Shown: positions 1 through 13,620 of the stretch, piece after piece
Numbering within the stretch: the first letter of the stretch is position 1
How the letters are laid out: every line of letters begins with the position of its first letter
NCBI RefSeq assembly: GCF_963921235.1
Contig: NC_086097.1
Location: 64,730,001 to 64,794,000 of the forward strand
DNA length: 64,000 bases
Direction of reading: 5' to 3'
DNA from: Mobula hypostoma
Taxonomy: Eukaryota
Notes under the pieces: generated by a model
Database searches by the model: none
Told to the model about the DNA's origin: nothing
The model's input: the letters and a program-made list of their open reading frames with translations, nothing else
Program-made: the position numbers and the translations under genes

Positions 1-585
1 CTGACGAGTCTGTAAAATATGCTCAGGGGAGACCAAACAAAGCCTGTAATTAGTGCAGAAATATAGCCTTTTGCCTAATTCATTTTAGTTTAGCGAGCTG
101 AAGATATTGAAATATCACTCCTTTGATTGAGGGTTTTGCAAATACATTGCAATGGAATTGAGCAGTTGCCAGATACAAATTCACCAAGTAAACAACAGCT
201 CAGTCAAAAGAAAGGGATGATTTAGGTGGCATTGATTAAACGAAGTAATAGTTTTGCTTTTAAATTATTCTAAATACGAATTAAGTACTTAAAGTATCAA
301 TCAACTGAATGCAATTATTTAATATGGCATCAGAACAAATCAAGGTCACAATGGAAGCTGTCAGTCATATTTTTCTGAGAAGATTTTATCTACACTAAAC
401 AATGAATTAGAAGATCATGTTGTTAATGCATTTCTTTGCTGTTTACTTTTAACTTTTCATTTTTATTATCCATTACAATCAGCAGTTGTGAATCTGATAT
501 TTTCGTACACGTAGGTATGTGACATAAGGTTTTCTTGCAGATCTTGCACTACACTTTCTTATTTACATGGATTTAGTATTGTTCA

Positions 586-1070
586 AAATACAGTACTGTG
601 CTAAAGTTGTAGGCACATGTACTGTAGCAACTTTATGTATTACACTCTACTGCTGCCACGAAAAAAAGACCAATTTCATAACATATGTGAGCAATGATAA
701 ACCTGATTCTGACATGCGTCTCTATTGTGAACTGAGAGTGGAAAGCGGGGGAGTCATGATTAGGAAAAGGGGAAGTGGGGGGGAATGAGAAGCACCAGAG
801 AGACATTCTATAATGATCAATAAACCAATTGTTTGGAATCAAATGACCTTGCCTGGTGTCTCAGGGATGGGTATATCTGAACACACACCCCTGCCCCTGC
901 CACTCTTCTCTGCCATCTCACACCCCTCCTGGGGCTTTCCACCTTCACCATTCCCAACATCCTTTGCTAGTCAGATTTACAAACTTGTTCTTCACTCCAC
1001 ATTGACAAATACAGTACTGTGCAAAAGACTTAGGCCCCCTAGCTATATATATGTGCCTAAGACTTTTAAA
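586..1070. repeat. Composite repeat with Tc1/MITE-like CAGTACTGTGC ends and a short hairpin
   Basis: aaatacagtactgtgc(t/a)aaag..taggc occurs at about 586 and about 1007. The second copy folds (aaaagacttagg...cctaagactttt). A LINE-tail-like segment (gataaacctgattctga) lies between. Confidence 0.4.
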
Positions 1071-1344
1071 AATAATGGCACAGGCCAAAAATATCAGAAT
1101 ACTTTCCTGTTAAACAAGTAGACCCTTCAAAGTTAATTAGGATTGGGATAGCAATACATTTTTGTGCTCTTACCAGAGTTGAGTTGTTCCAATGATAACC
1201 TCAGCTGTATCTTTAATTTGACAACAGTTTATAGCTGATGTAATAACAAACATAGTTGAAAAATAAAAGCATGAATGTAATTTTACTTGGGGCATATCTA
1301 GGGCAAGAAAGAATATGAGGTTGGAAAAGGAACTTCTGCGATTA

Positions 1345-1465
1345 AAAAAAGAGGACCATGCCTAGGCATCATCCCTGATGAAGATGGTGGAGTTTGTCAT
1401 CAAAACATCGGTTATAATTGATACCTGTACCCAGCTGGACGCCTGAGAAGAGTTTATTCGTAACT
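1345..1465 (+). mobile_element. Penelope-like terminal remnant with decayed hammerhead core
   Basis: CTGATGA (1375-1381), A, GATGG..TCATC stem, then aaaacatc, readable as CpG-decayed GAAACGTC. Confidence 0.45.
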
Positions 1466-4400
1466 ATTATTCATGTCTATCAGGAAATTCAATTTTTGCA
1501 AATAAGTGAGGAAAACAATATAGCCTATAAAAAAGTAAAAGCCGTCTATTAGGTATGTCATTGGAAAACCATTAACAAATTTATCTTAAGCTACTATACA
1601 TAATATATGGTAACTATATTGACAATAGCTTCTGAATTATAATATTTGAAAAAATATTAATGCTTTCATTAAACCATCTGACAGAGGAAAGATATATGGA
1701 TCTCCCAAAGTCCTTTCATTAACACCACCACTTGTTTCCAGGCTAACACTGCAATGTAGAACCGACAGCACATCATTAGTTAGGATAGTTTACAAATTAA
1801 TTCTTAAAAGGTGATAGTGTGCATGTATGTAATGTATTACTTTCTATCTTTGTACTTTTCTAGGAATGCAGGCTCTTACCACGTAATAGTGCTAACCATC
1901 CAACTGTATGATTTATTTCCATTAGCGTCTTACTAATGGACGATTAATGGACAGCAATGTGCAAAGGTGAACGGTCGCATTAGATTGTTAGTGTATTACA
2001 GCCAAAACTGCACTTGTTTACTCATGGGATAGCTTGTGGATGACTCAAATTGAGTGTCATCAGATAGAGCAAATAAAATTTTCTTGAGGCAGTCCATAAA
2101 CAGAAGTTATTTTTAAACAGCTGTTTAACAATATGGCTTATACTGCATGCATTCAGGTACTTTTATAAACTAACTTTCAATGACTTCCTAAGTATCATGT
2201 CCTGTTAATTACTAAGTTGAAAATATGTAAAATAATCCATTTGTCATATCCCCGGTAATGTTATTTATATAATATGTTCATTGAAGCCTTGTCATGTGGA
2301 TAGCCTTTGTATAGCTTTTATTATCAATTTTTTGGGATCCTCAAGGGTAATTATGGATTCCAATGAATGCTGGCCTTCTATTGTTGAGAATGCTAGTTTA
2401 AATGGAATTGTGGTTGGCACAGACATCATGGGTCAAAGGACCTGTTACTGTGCAGTATATTCTATGTTCTAACACTTTAAAGACATTTTTTAAAATAGTT
2501 TTTGATGGAGATGTATTAATCCCCCAAAATCCTGCTTGTGGCATTCTACAAGCTTCCACATAAAATACAAGTGCCCCATTAGTGCAGAAGATTTCAATTA
2601 CATTTGCATCCTTCATCACTTTTCACACTGTTTCTACTTATACAGTGCCATTGCCTTCCTTTGAGAATGTTTTAACTCCAGGGTTACTTTTCCGGTTGTA
2701 GCTTATTGATTCCTTTTGTGTTAGATGTCAATAGTATGAATTGATTTTGAGGGGAAAAGCCCGTCCACTTCAGAGGTGATGCCTCCTGCATTACCTAAAC
2801 CACAGGAGAACAATGATGGCCAACACAGCCTTTTTCTTCCCTTGCAATTCATTCCCCATGGCAACGAGGAGAAGAATGCTTGTCTGGAAAAGCTTCAAGC
2901 TGAGGCCTGAGATAATAAAAAAATGGAATAAGATCACAACAATTACTCTGATGAGTGAGAGAGGCTGCAGATGCACTCAGACACCCATAACACTGTAAGC
3001 TTGATGCATTGTGTCTCTTCTATGCTGGGAACAGGTAAATAGACATTTTCAAGTGAAACATGTAAGAGATATAATGTGAGTGGCAGCAAGCAGTCTGATT
3101 TGTTTCATAAGCAGGAAAGCAGTTTTCAAAGATACTGACACCTACTTTAATGTAAGGAACCTGTGCTTTTGTTCCTCATCACCATTTAAATTTTACCGTA
3201 GGGTTGTTAATTTACTATTACAGATCAAACTGAATAGCACGTTCAATATTATTTATACATCTGGAAGCATAATCCTCCATAGAAGGAAATAACGTCCCTG
3301 TTTTATCCTAAGGTATGGATAAAAACTTTGTTATGGAATCCATAATAACAATTTAACATCTGTATTTCATTCAACAGACTTGAAAAATAAATGACAGTGT
3401 AATATTAAGAGTTCTTGTCGGGAGGTTTTATGAAATAAATTTAAACCTAATATCACACAAGCAAATTACTAGTGCACATCATCAGCACAGTCAAGATTAA
3501 ACACTGTGTTATTTTACGACATTATAGTCACCCATAGATGGCTATACTAAATATTTTTGTATTGACATTTTTTTGTGAAAACACTTGTTTCAATTCAACT
3601 TGTTTATATTCTGCCTCCATGGACCCCGTTAAAATTCACATGCTAACCAGTTGAAAGAAGAACTATACATCTAACTGTGCCAATGTGAGCAGGCCCAGGA
3701 TTGTATCAATAGACCTACTCAGTAAAAATAACAATGGTGTTCTGCCCTAATGAATGACGTTTGGACAGAAAAAAAACATCTGGACTACTGAGCTCCATCT
3801 TGATCCTCTCACTTGGATAGTGACATAATCACTTTGGATAGTTTTCAGAAGATATCTACAAGAATATTCCCAAGCAAGAAGAATCACCCAGCTGGGTTTA
3901 AGGACTACTCCTAATGCATTGTACAAATGGCATGGATTGGAGGTATAATATCCCAGACAACATTCATACTCATTGCTTACCTAATCCTTTATTTTCAATG
4001 TGCAGATTTCTCTGCCTCCCGTTGCTTAGTGAATCAACATTAGCAAGACTCTGTATGAATATTATCACTTGGAAGCATTGTATCTAGCCCTGCCTACAAA
4101 AATAAATGGCAGCAATGAGTTCAGTGACAAATGAAATCTTTGGTTCAATTGCAATGTTAAGTAGGGATAAATCTTCTTTCATTCCTGAATCAGCATGATA
4201 TGTTGTAGAACAGTATTCTGTGCTGCGTTAATATATCTTACTAAGTGCTTTTGATGTTTATTGAAGAATAAGCAGATTTTTTTTAAAAGGATATCTCTCT
4301 TCGATAGTGATTTGTATGTTACAATGATATATAGGTTTGTAGAGTTTGTTTAAGTTCAGACTTTGTTCTGTGTGAGAGTACATTCAAACACTGAGACTTA

Positions 4401-5054
4401 GAAATTAATGCTCGCTGGAAAGCATGCATTAAAATTATACTGGATGGAATTCATGTGCCTGTTTGCTCCACTGGGTCTGGACTTCTATGTCAAACTGATG
4501 TGTGCAGCCGGTGTACAATACAATCCTTTACATGGTTGCAGTCGTGTGAACTATAATTCTACCTACACCACTTCTCTGGCGACAAGTTGAAGAAGGTCAT
4601 ATCATAGGATAGTGCTCACCTCTCATTTAACCACCACATCCCCAAAATAGATAGAAATTGTCATCTGATTGTCTGCCTGAACAGATTTCACAGCAAATAT
4701 GCAGGGAATAGATAGGGTGTCTAAGATTCTCCCATGAGTGGAGCTGTGGCCGTCTGCTGTGATATTGTCCTCCTAACAAATTTTTTGCAACATATTTGCA
4801 ACCCCATGTGTTAAATGAAACACCGGACATTTGGCGTAGAATGATTTGTGCCCAGCATTTTGTTTGTACATGCTTATTGTACACAATTTAGATGACAAAT
4901 CAAAGCTTCTACGTGCTCTCTGTGCTTAAGGTTCTGATTAGATTTCAAATCAATATTATTTCACTGTTATATCCTGTGGTCCATAAGAATGTAGGCTATG
5001 TACTTGAATTGTTTCTTGGCCCATGATATAATTTTCACAATTTCACAAAGAAAG

Positions 5055-5340
5055 CCTATTCAGCCCGTCAAGTTTATGCCAGTTTTCAGAGCATTCCCAT
5101 CAATTCTATTCCCCCACTTAATTGCCTGTATCCTATTTTCTCTCACATATCCATTAACGGTCCACTAATCCTTCGACCTCCCATCTAACCAGAACTTAGC
5201 AAACCTCACATGTTTGTTATGTGGGCAGTAACCGGAAGACTGAGGAGAAACTACAAATTCTCCCAGACAGCACCAGAGATCAAAATTGAATTCAGTGTGA
5301 GAGAGCTGTCAGGGAGTAGCATTATCTGCTGCTCCATTTA
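5055..5340 (-). mobile_element. Decayed tRNA-derived SINE (V-SINE/HE1-like) with CR1-type tail
   Basis: tgtggg..accggaagactgagg..caaattctcccagacagcacc resembles the reverse V-domain; gcctattcagcccgtcaag resembles a CR1 3' end. Confidence 0.4.
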
Positions 5341-5377
5341 CAGCCCTGTATCTTGAAAAAGAGTTCATAACCTTCCT

Positions 5378-5610
5378 CAGAATCAGATTTATTAGCACAG
5401 ATGCGTGAAATTTGTTGTTTTGTAGCAGTACAGTGCAAGACATAAAAACAGTGCAAAAAAATGAGGTTCATGGGCTCATGGGCCATTCGGGGCTCTGACT
5501 GCAGAGAGGAAGAAACTGTTCTGAAAGTGTTGAGTGAGGGTCTTCAGGCTTCTGTACCTTCACCCTCATTGTCATAATGTGAAAAGGCATGGCCTGGATG
5601 GTGAGGGTCT
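5378..5610 (-). mobile_element. Rex1/Babar-like LINE 3' fragment
   Basis: cagaatcagatttatt tail and gtcttcaggcttctgtacct segment shared with other Rex-like ends in the window (e.g. about 63200-63270). Confidence 0.55.
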
Positions 5611-7691
5611 GGAGACATTATGTGTTCCTGTAGGTTACGAGAGTTTCATTGTCTTGCTATTATGTCAAAGATATTATGGTACGGGTAATAAAATAAGCAA
5701 AGGGTGATACATTCATAATCTAACAATTCTACTAGAATAGGTCAAAGGAGGCCACCTAATTTTTCAAATCTCTAATTTTCAGAATACTATCCCTATTTAA
5801 GTATCACTTTTAAATGGCTCCCTTTAACAGTTAAAAATGAGTAGATATAATGTTAATCCCTTTCATTTCCAAAAATTAAATTTGCATAATTTTGTAAAAG
5901 GTCTTCCAGTAGAAAGATGAATGACATCAAGGTAAGATAGTGATAATGAACCTAGGAAAATCCCTTGTAATACAAACCAGATCTCTCATATTCATTCATT
6001 ATGAACCGATGACACTAACAGTAAATGGAAAATAGTCATTATAAGGGATTTCCAAAACATTAGTAAAAATCTCCAAGCCTCATCAAATAGACACAGAACA
6101 TCCATTATTCAGTTACAATGAATTAATGGCACTAATGTTGTTCGTAACATGTTCCTTTTATACAAAGCTCCTAGTATTCAGTACTCTTTTGCTGCTGCCA
6201 TTCACTCTGCTTTATTCACTAATAAAAAGAAATATTAAAAGCTGGTTATTATTTGATTAGTCTTTAAATTAGAGTCTTTGTAATAGTGAAGGTAGGGCAT
6301 GAAATGAATCCCCTGTCTGCATGTGTTAAGGAATGTTTACTATAATTAATAGATTGGAGATCCGAAAGGAGTTGTGCTGAGATCACTTCCTTGCAATTAA
6401 GCTATTGACAGTTAGCAGTAATGGAACGAAGATGTGAATATGGAACATTCATGATAATATGTGGCAGAGGTTGAGTTCAGAAGATGAAACAGATAACTAG
6501 TAGCTCTCGTTTCTAATCAGCACCCTGCACTGTTGTTCTGTTTAAAAAGAAATGACTTGCCAAATGTTCAGCTATCAATTCTTCTTCATTACTTCTAAAA
6601 CTAAAAAATGTAACTAAACCTTCAGCAACTTGGATTTTTATCATATTATATATTTCAGGAAAATTATGGAGGAAAAAGGAGAAAATGTTGAGAGTGACGT
6701 AGATTAAATTTGAAGACTGCTGTGAAAACCACACATTTTTAAAAAATTCTAAACTTGTCTCTAAGTGGCGAATCCATATATTGGTTCAATTTACATCCAT
6801 TGTTTGGGACCTAAGCTTTGCTGGCAATGCTAGCAATTATTGCTCATCTTCTCTTGGCTCTGAGAAGATGGCGATGAGCCATTTTCTGAATTATTGTAGT
6901 TCTTATGCACTCCAGGTAGCCAAAAATGTGCAAGGACCATGGCGAGGTAGAGCGTGGTCCAGGAGTTGGGCCCATTGACACTCACTCTAGGAGGCTGGAA
7001 GATTACCAAAACTATAAGCAGATTTAAAGGAATATTTTTCTTAAGCCAAACGAAACAGGTTTAAGAGAGTAGAATTATTATGAATGATGTAATGAATAGA
7101 TCTGCTGAGAGTAACATGCAAGGAGTGGCCCTTTTTCTGGCACCATTTTGGGAACAAAGGAGGAAGTTTTTAAAAGGAGGAGCAATGAAGAAATCTCATC
7201 TGCCGCCTTTAAGATAATGACTGGAATTTGCAATTTACAACAAATTTGATATAAGCCAATTGCTTGCTCACATAAATTGTCAGGAAACCATATTTTGAAA
7301 AATAAAGCAAAACGTTGCACAAGCAAAAAAACTTAACAGTAAAAAAATTGGAAATATTCAAGGTTGGATTTGGATTAAGATAAATTAAGATTAAGATATA
7401 CACCTGAGATAATATTGACATTCTTAGAAGTTTCCATGGCATTGCCATTGCTTTACACCCTAGCATTTGTCTACTCAAATTTCAAGAGAAATCAGATTAT
7501 GACAATGTATATTTTATCATAAAAAACTATTGGCTAATTACTTTATTATCTATTTCTCTATTTTTCACCTTTTAGATTACTGTTAGCCTTGTTTCTCTTT
7601 GCTCTTAAAATAGAGTGGTTTTATATTTCCGTAATATAAATGGAATCATATTTTTGCATTTCATATTTTTCTGAGCTAATGATTTTACACT

Positions 7692-10180
7692 GCAGATAAT
7701 CCCCAAAGCCTGGAGAAGAGCTGGGGGAGTTCTGATCCCAAAAGAAAAGAATTCGTCCACCATCGAGCAATTTCGCCAAATAAACCATAGAGGGCAAGAT
7801 TTTTTTCAGTGTGTTGGCGCAAAGACTTACAAAGTATCTGAAACAAAACCATTTCATTGATACGCCAATCCAAAAGGCTGGCATAGCGGGCTTCGCGGGA
7901 TGCATTGAACATACCAGCGTCATATTGCATCAAATCCAGATGGCTAAGAAAGAAAGAAAGGATCTGCATGTCTTGTTCGCTGACCTGGCCAACACCTATG
8001 GATCAGTTCCTCATTCCCTACTGTGGACTGCTTTTGAATTCTTTCAGGTGCCTGCAACAACAACAAATCTGGTAAAACACTACTTCCAGGATCTGCAAGT
8101 TTGTCTCACAACATCAGACTTCACCACAGCATGGCAACCACTGGAAGTAGGCATCATGGCGGGGTGCACCATCTCCCCATTGGCCTTCACTATGGCAATG
8201 GAGCTCATTATCAGAGCCTCAAAATGGGTTGTGGGAGGAAAAGGACTACAGTTTGGTCAACGGTTACCACCCATATGAACCTATATGGACGATATAACAA
8301 TACTGATGACAACTGTCCCCTGCACCAAGAAACTTCTGGAAAAGCTTCATCAAAACATCACATGGGCGAGGATGAAGATCATGCCCAGCAAGTGCAGAAG
8401 CATCTCCATTGTCAAAGGTCAAGTCACGGAAAAAAGATCTCATATTGACGGGACACCTGTCCCAACTGTTTCAGAAATGCCAGTGAAGAGCTTGGGCCGA
8501 TGGTATGATGCTAAGCTCAAGGACACTGAGCAGTTTAAACAACTGAAAAAGGATACCATCACGTACATAGCTCGCATCAACAAGACCTGGCTGCCAGGAA
8601 AACTCAAACTGTGGTGCTTCCAGTTCAGCATACTCGTAAGACTCATGTGGCCTTTAACAGTGTATGAAATCCTCATCAGCAAGGTTGAAAAACTCGAAAG
8701 AATGATCAACACACATGTGAAACAGTGGCTTGGACTTCCGCGATGCTTAAGTCCTGTTGGACTGTAGGGGAACGGCAAATTGGAATTACCAATTGCAAGT
8801 CTTGTGGAAAAATTCAAACGCACCAAAGCAAGGTTGGTCATGACCCTCACTGAATCTGAAGACACTGTTATTCGAACAGCAACCCCCCCCCCCCCGTGGC
8901 AACGGGGGGGAAGTGGACCCCATCTGAAGCTGTTCAGAGTGCTCAGTCTGCTCTTCGCTTCAGAGATGTGGTTGGCCAAGTCCAACTTGGGAGAGCTGGG
9001 CTTGGGCTCGTTCCAAAAACTCCTCTGTGGCACAAGGCAACATCACTGCAGAAGAGACAGCTCATGGTGGAGGAGTTGAGAAGACAGGAGGAGGCAGAGC
9101 AAAACGCTAGAGCTGTCTCAATGACCAAGCAGGGCCAATGGGCTAATTGGGAGAGCCTGGAAAAGAGGAAACTTAGCTGGCATGACATCTGGGAGATGGA
9201 GGGATCTCAGCTAAGTTTTGTCACCAAAGCCACTTATGACCTCCTACCCACACCCCAGAACCTGAACCAGTGGTGGGGAGAAGACCCCACTTGCTCTCTT
9301 TGTCAAGCACCTGGATCACTAAGGCACATTTTAACAGGATGCACTACAAGCCTCACCCAGGGGCAGTACACTTGGCGGCATAACCAAGTTCTCAGACAGC
9401 TGGCATCAATCTTTGAACAGAGGCGAATCACCACAAATGCTCTCCCACAAACATTGGCAGGAAATGTCCACATCACACGGTTTGTACCAGCAGGCCAACC
9501 TCCAGAGCACCATATAACATCAAAAGATGTAAGCATTCTGCAGGTTGCTCGGGATTGGAAAATGGATGTGGACTTGGGAAAAAAGCTTGTGTTTCCCCCA
9601 GACATTGCAGCTACAACAGTCCGGCCAGTCATGGTCCTGTGGTCCACAACAGCCAAGCTGGCATATGTTGTGAAATTGACAGTACCATGGGAAGATGGTG
9701 TCAAAGAAGCTTATGAGAGGAAAAAGACCAAGTACTCTCAACTGGCAACTGAAGCTGCCCAGAATGGCTGGAAGACCAAGATTTTCCCTGTAGAAGTGGG
9801 ATGCAGGGGATTCGTTGCTACATCTACAACCAGTTTATTGAAGAAGATGGGGGTGAGGGGTCACTCCCTCCAACAAGCAATCAAGTCCTTGTCAAATGCA
9901 GCAGCAACTGGATTTGGAATAAAAAGAAAGACAACAGCTGGGCTGCAAGATGAAGACAAGAGGGTATGGAACTGAGGGGGGTGTATCTGGGACACCAGGT
10001 TGCACCGCTGAGCCCTCTGAAGACGTCGTGGGCTTATCAATGAAATGTCAAAGAAGGAGGGTGCCTACCTGATGACCCCGATGACGTACCTACCCTCCCT
10101 CCTTGTCACCACTCCAAGCCCACTGCCAACATCGAGAGTGCCGACTTACCATCGGGATTGAAACATCAAGTCCTAGTAGC
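7692..10180 (+). mobile_element. 5'-truncated HERO-clade non-LTR retrotransposon (RT plus restriction-like endonuclease), disabled
   Basis: ORF pieces 7811-8278, 8285-8767 and 8896-9975. Motifs: DLANTYGSVPH, GIMAGCTISP, YMDD (about 8282-8293), CCHC knuckle CSLCQ..HILTGC, RHNQVL, RP(V)..(K)LTVPWE..ERKKTKY, PVEVGCRGF. Stops at 8276 and 8765; frameshift in the C-run at about 8883-8895. Confidence 0.88.
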
Positions 10181-10744
10181 TCTACTGATAGATTTTCTTC
10201 AAGAGTCCATTCTCCTGTGTAAATAGTTGATAATCAATCCTTCCGGTTGAGCATTTGTCGAGAATCAATGAAGCCATGTGTTGATTTAGGAGAATCCTGG
10301 TTTTATGAAAGAAAGAAGGGCTGTAGAAACCTGTGCTTTATAAGCTTTAAGGAACTCTATACCTAATCCTGTGTGGCATTTTGTCTGGATCGTAATGTGA
10401 AAGATTTGTTTCTATTTGATTTTCCTACTTTTCATTAATTATACACTGCAGCTGGTCTTAAACAAAAGACCCACAACTATTTATCTTGCTTTGAATGCCC
10501 GAGGTTTCCATGATGAATGCATGAGCTTTGATTTGAGGGAAAATAACTTATTTCTGGAGGATGATGTCAATAGACATTAAGGTGAATCACCTGAGGAGTA
10601 CGTTTTTTAAACAGATCTTCATATACTAACTCCTAACCTCAACAAAAGTAATTATACTTTCTTAATTTACTATAGTGCTGTTGAGAAAATCTATCTTCAA
10701 TAAGACTTCTGAAAAACAAGGAAAACTTACATAAAAATCTAAAA

Positions 10745-11150
10745 TGGAACACAAAAGGCTAGAACAACCCAGCATGTCTTGCAGCATTTATGGAGGGGAA
10801 TTAGTAGGCAACATTAGACAGACCTTTCATCAGGACTGGAAAGGTAGGGGACAGTAGCCAGAATAAGAAGGTGCAGGGGGAAGGGATGGAGTACAAGCTA
10901 GCAGGTAATAGGCGAGACTAAATGAGGGGGAACGGTTGGTGGGTGGGGCACAGGGGATGAAGAAGCTGAGAGGTGATGGGTGGAAGAGGTAAAGGGCTGA
11001 AGAAAAATGAATCTAATAGGAGTGTAGTGGACCATGGATGAAAGGGAAGAGGAGGGGAACCAGAGGGAGGTGATGGGCAGCTGAGGAGGAGAAGGGATGA
11101 GAGGGCAACCAGAATAGGAAATGGAAAGCCTTGGCGGCCAGTAACATTCA
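10745..11150 (-). mobile_element. Penelope-like element 3' end/pLTR fragment
   Basis: acctttcatcaggactgg (reverse of cagtcctgatgaa) plus purine-rich segment shared with the GIY-YIG-bearing copies at 45780-47800. Confidence 0.65.
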
Positions 11151-11372
11151 TTGAGTTCCAAGTTCAAAGATCTAAGTACATTTATTATCAAAGTATGTAC
11201 ACCATATACAACCTTGAGATTTACCTTCTTGCAGGCAGCCACAAAACAAAGAAACACAACCACATCCACAAAAAAAACCACAAAACCAAGACTGACAAAC
11301 ATCCAATGTGTGAAAAAAGTACAAATCGTGCAAACGATATATAAGGGAGACAAATAATGCACAGAACAACAA
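11150..11372 (-). mobile_element. Rex1/Babar-like LINE 3' tail
   Basis: aagttcaaag repeat tail and ccttgagatttaccttcttgcaggc, reverse-similar to about 24010-24085. Confidence 0.55.
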
Positions 11373-13620
11373 ACACAAAATGCTAGAGGAACTCAGTAGG
11401 TCAAGGAGTATCTATAGAACTAAATAAACTATCAATGTTTCGGGCCAAGACCCTTCTTCAGGACTGGAAAGGAAGGGAGAAGACATTGGAATAAAACGGT
11501 GGGGGAGGGGAAGGAAGACTAGCCAGAAGGTGATAGGTGAAGCCAGGAGGGTTTGGAAAGATAAAGAGCTGGAGAAGAAGGAATCTGATAGGAGAGGAGA
11601 GTGGACCATTGGAGAAGTGATAGAAACATAGAAAATAGGTGCAGGAGTAGGCCATTCGGCCTTTCGAGCCTGCACCGCCATTCAGTATGATCATAGCTGA
11701 TCATCCAATTCAGAACCCTGTACCTGCCTTCTCTCCATACCCCCCGATCCCTTTAGCCACAAGGGCCATATCTAACTCCCTCTTAAATATAGCCAATGAA
11801 CTGGCCTCAACTGTTTCCTGTGGAACAGAATTCCACAGATTCACCACTCTCTGTGTGAAGAAGTTTTTCCTCATCTCGGTCCTAAAAGGCTTCCCCTCTA
11901 TCCTCAAACTGTGGCCCCTCGTTCTGGATTTCCCCAACATTGGGAACAATCTTCCTGCATCCTGCATCTGTCCAATCCCTTTAGAATTTTATACGTTTTT
12001 ATAATTCCAGCGAGTATAAGCCTAGTCGATCCAGTCTTTTATCATATAAAAGTCCTGCCATCCCAGGAATCAATCTGGTGAACCTTCTTTGTACTCCCTC
12101 TATCGCCAGAATGTCTTTCCTTAGATTAGGGGACCAAAACTGCACACAATACTCCAGGTATGGTCTCACCAAGGCCTTGTACAACTGCAGTAGTACCTCC
12201 CTGCTCCCGTACTCGAATCCTCTTGCTATGAATGCCAGCATACTATTAGCCTTTTTCACCGTCTGCTGTACCTGCATGCCCACTTTCAATGACTGGTGTA
12301 CAATGACACCCAGATCTCGTTGCACCTCCCCTTTTCCTAATTGGCCACCATTCAGAAAATAATCTGTTCTCCTGTTCTTACCACCAAAGTGGATAACCTC
12401 ACATTTATCCACATTAAATTGCATCTGCCATGAATTTGCCCACTCACCTAACCTATCCAAGTCACCCTGCATCCTCTTAGCATCCTCCTCACAGCTAACA
12501 CTGCCGCCCAGCTTCGTGTCATCTGCAAATTTGGAGATGCTGCATTTAATTCCCTCGTCTAAGTCATTAATATATATTGTGAACAACTGGGGTCCCAGCA
12601 CTGAGCCTTGCTGTACCCCACTAGTCACTGCCTGCCATTCTGAAAAGGTCCCGTTTATTCCCACTCTTTGCTTCCTGTCTGCCAACCAATTCTCCATCCA
12701 CATCAATACCATACCCACAATACCATGTGCTTTAAGTTTGCACACTAATCTCCTGTGTGGGACCTTGTCAAAAGCCTTTTGAAAATCCAAATATACCACA
12801 TCCACTGGTTCTCCCCTATCCACTCTACTAGTTACATCCTCAAAAAATTCTGTGAGATTCATCAGACATGATTTTCCTTTCACAAATTCATGCTGACTTT
12901 GTCCGATGATTTCACCGCTTTCCAAATGTGCTGTTATCACATCTTTGATAACTGACTCCAGCAGTTTCCCCACCACCGACGTTAGGCTAACCGGTCTATA
13001 ATTCCCCGGTTTCTCTCTCCCTCGTTTTTTAAAAAGTGGAGTTACGTTAGCCACCTTCCAATCCTCGGGAACTAATCCAGAATCTAAAGAGTTTTGAAAA
13101 AATATCACTAATACATCCACTATAGGCAGATGAGGAGAAGAGTTAAGAGTCCAGAGTGGAGAATAGAAAAGGAAAGGAGGAGGAAAAATACCAAACAGAC
13201 AAATAGATGTTCATGCCATCACATTGGAGGCTATCTAGACATTATTTGAGGTGTGGCTCCTCTACCGAAAGAGTGGCCTCATCATAGCAAAAGAGGAAGC
13301 CAAGTACTGACAGTTAGAACAGGAATGGCGATAGGAATTAAAATGGTTGGCCACTGGAAAATTCCGTTTTTGGTGGATGGAGCAGAGGTGCTTGACAAAG
13401 CATCCAAGTTATGCTAGGTCTCACCAGTGTAGAGGAGGCCACTTTGGGAGCACCGGATACAATGGACGAAGTGTTGCCTCACCTGGAAGGACTGTTTGGG
13501 GACCGGAGTAGAGGTGCGATCGAACGTGAATACGCGGGTGTAGCATTTCTGTTGCTTGCAGGGATAAGTGCCAGTAGGGAAGTTAGTGGGGAGGGATGAA
13601 TGGACAAGGGAATCACGGGG
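11373..13620 (-). mobile_element. Penelope-like fragment split by a CR1 insertion (parts 11373-11620 and 13122-13620)
   Basis: Hammerhead-like end gtttcgggccaagacccttcttcaggactgg at about 11437-11467. The sequence resumes after the CR1 with a GIY-YIG-region segment similar to 46200-46460. Confidence 0.7.
11621..13121 (-). mobile_element. 5'-truncated young CR1-clade (HER1-like) LINE
   Basis: Open 373-aa RT frame 11999-13120 (NYRPVSLTS, LDFQKAFDKV, GSVLGP, KFADDTK), C-terminus 11710-11967, and (TTTCTATG)n tail. Confidence 0.95.

Noticed and set aside
2791..3045. Overlapping 61-aa ORFs and a cag|gtaaat donor-like site
   Set aside because: No recognisable protein similarity and no consistent acceptor or partner exon.
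8440..9741. Long antisense ORFs (197, 133 aa)
   Set aside because: Shadow frames of the HERO coding strand.
7680..10200. Possible TSD around the HERO element (actgcagat versus actgatagat)
   Set aside because: Too short and mismatched to distinguish from chance.
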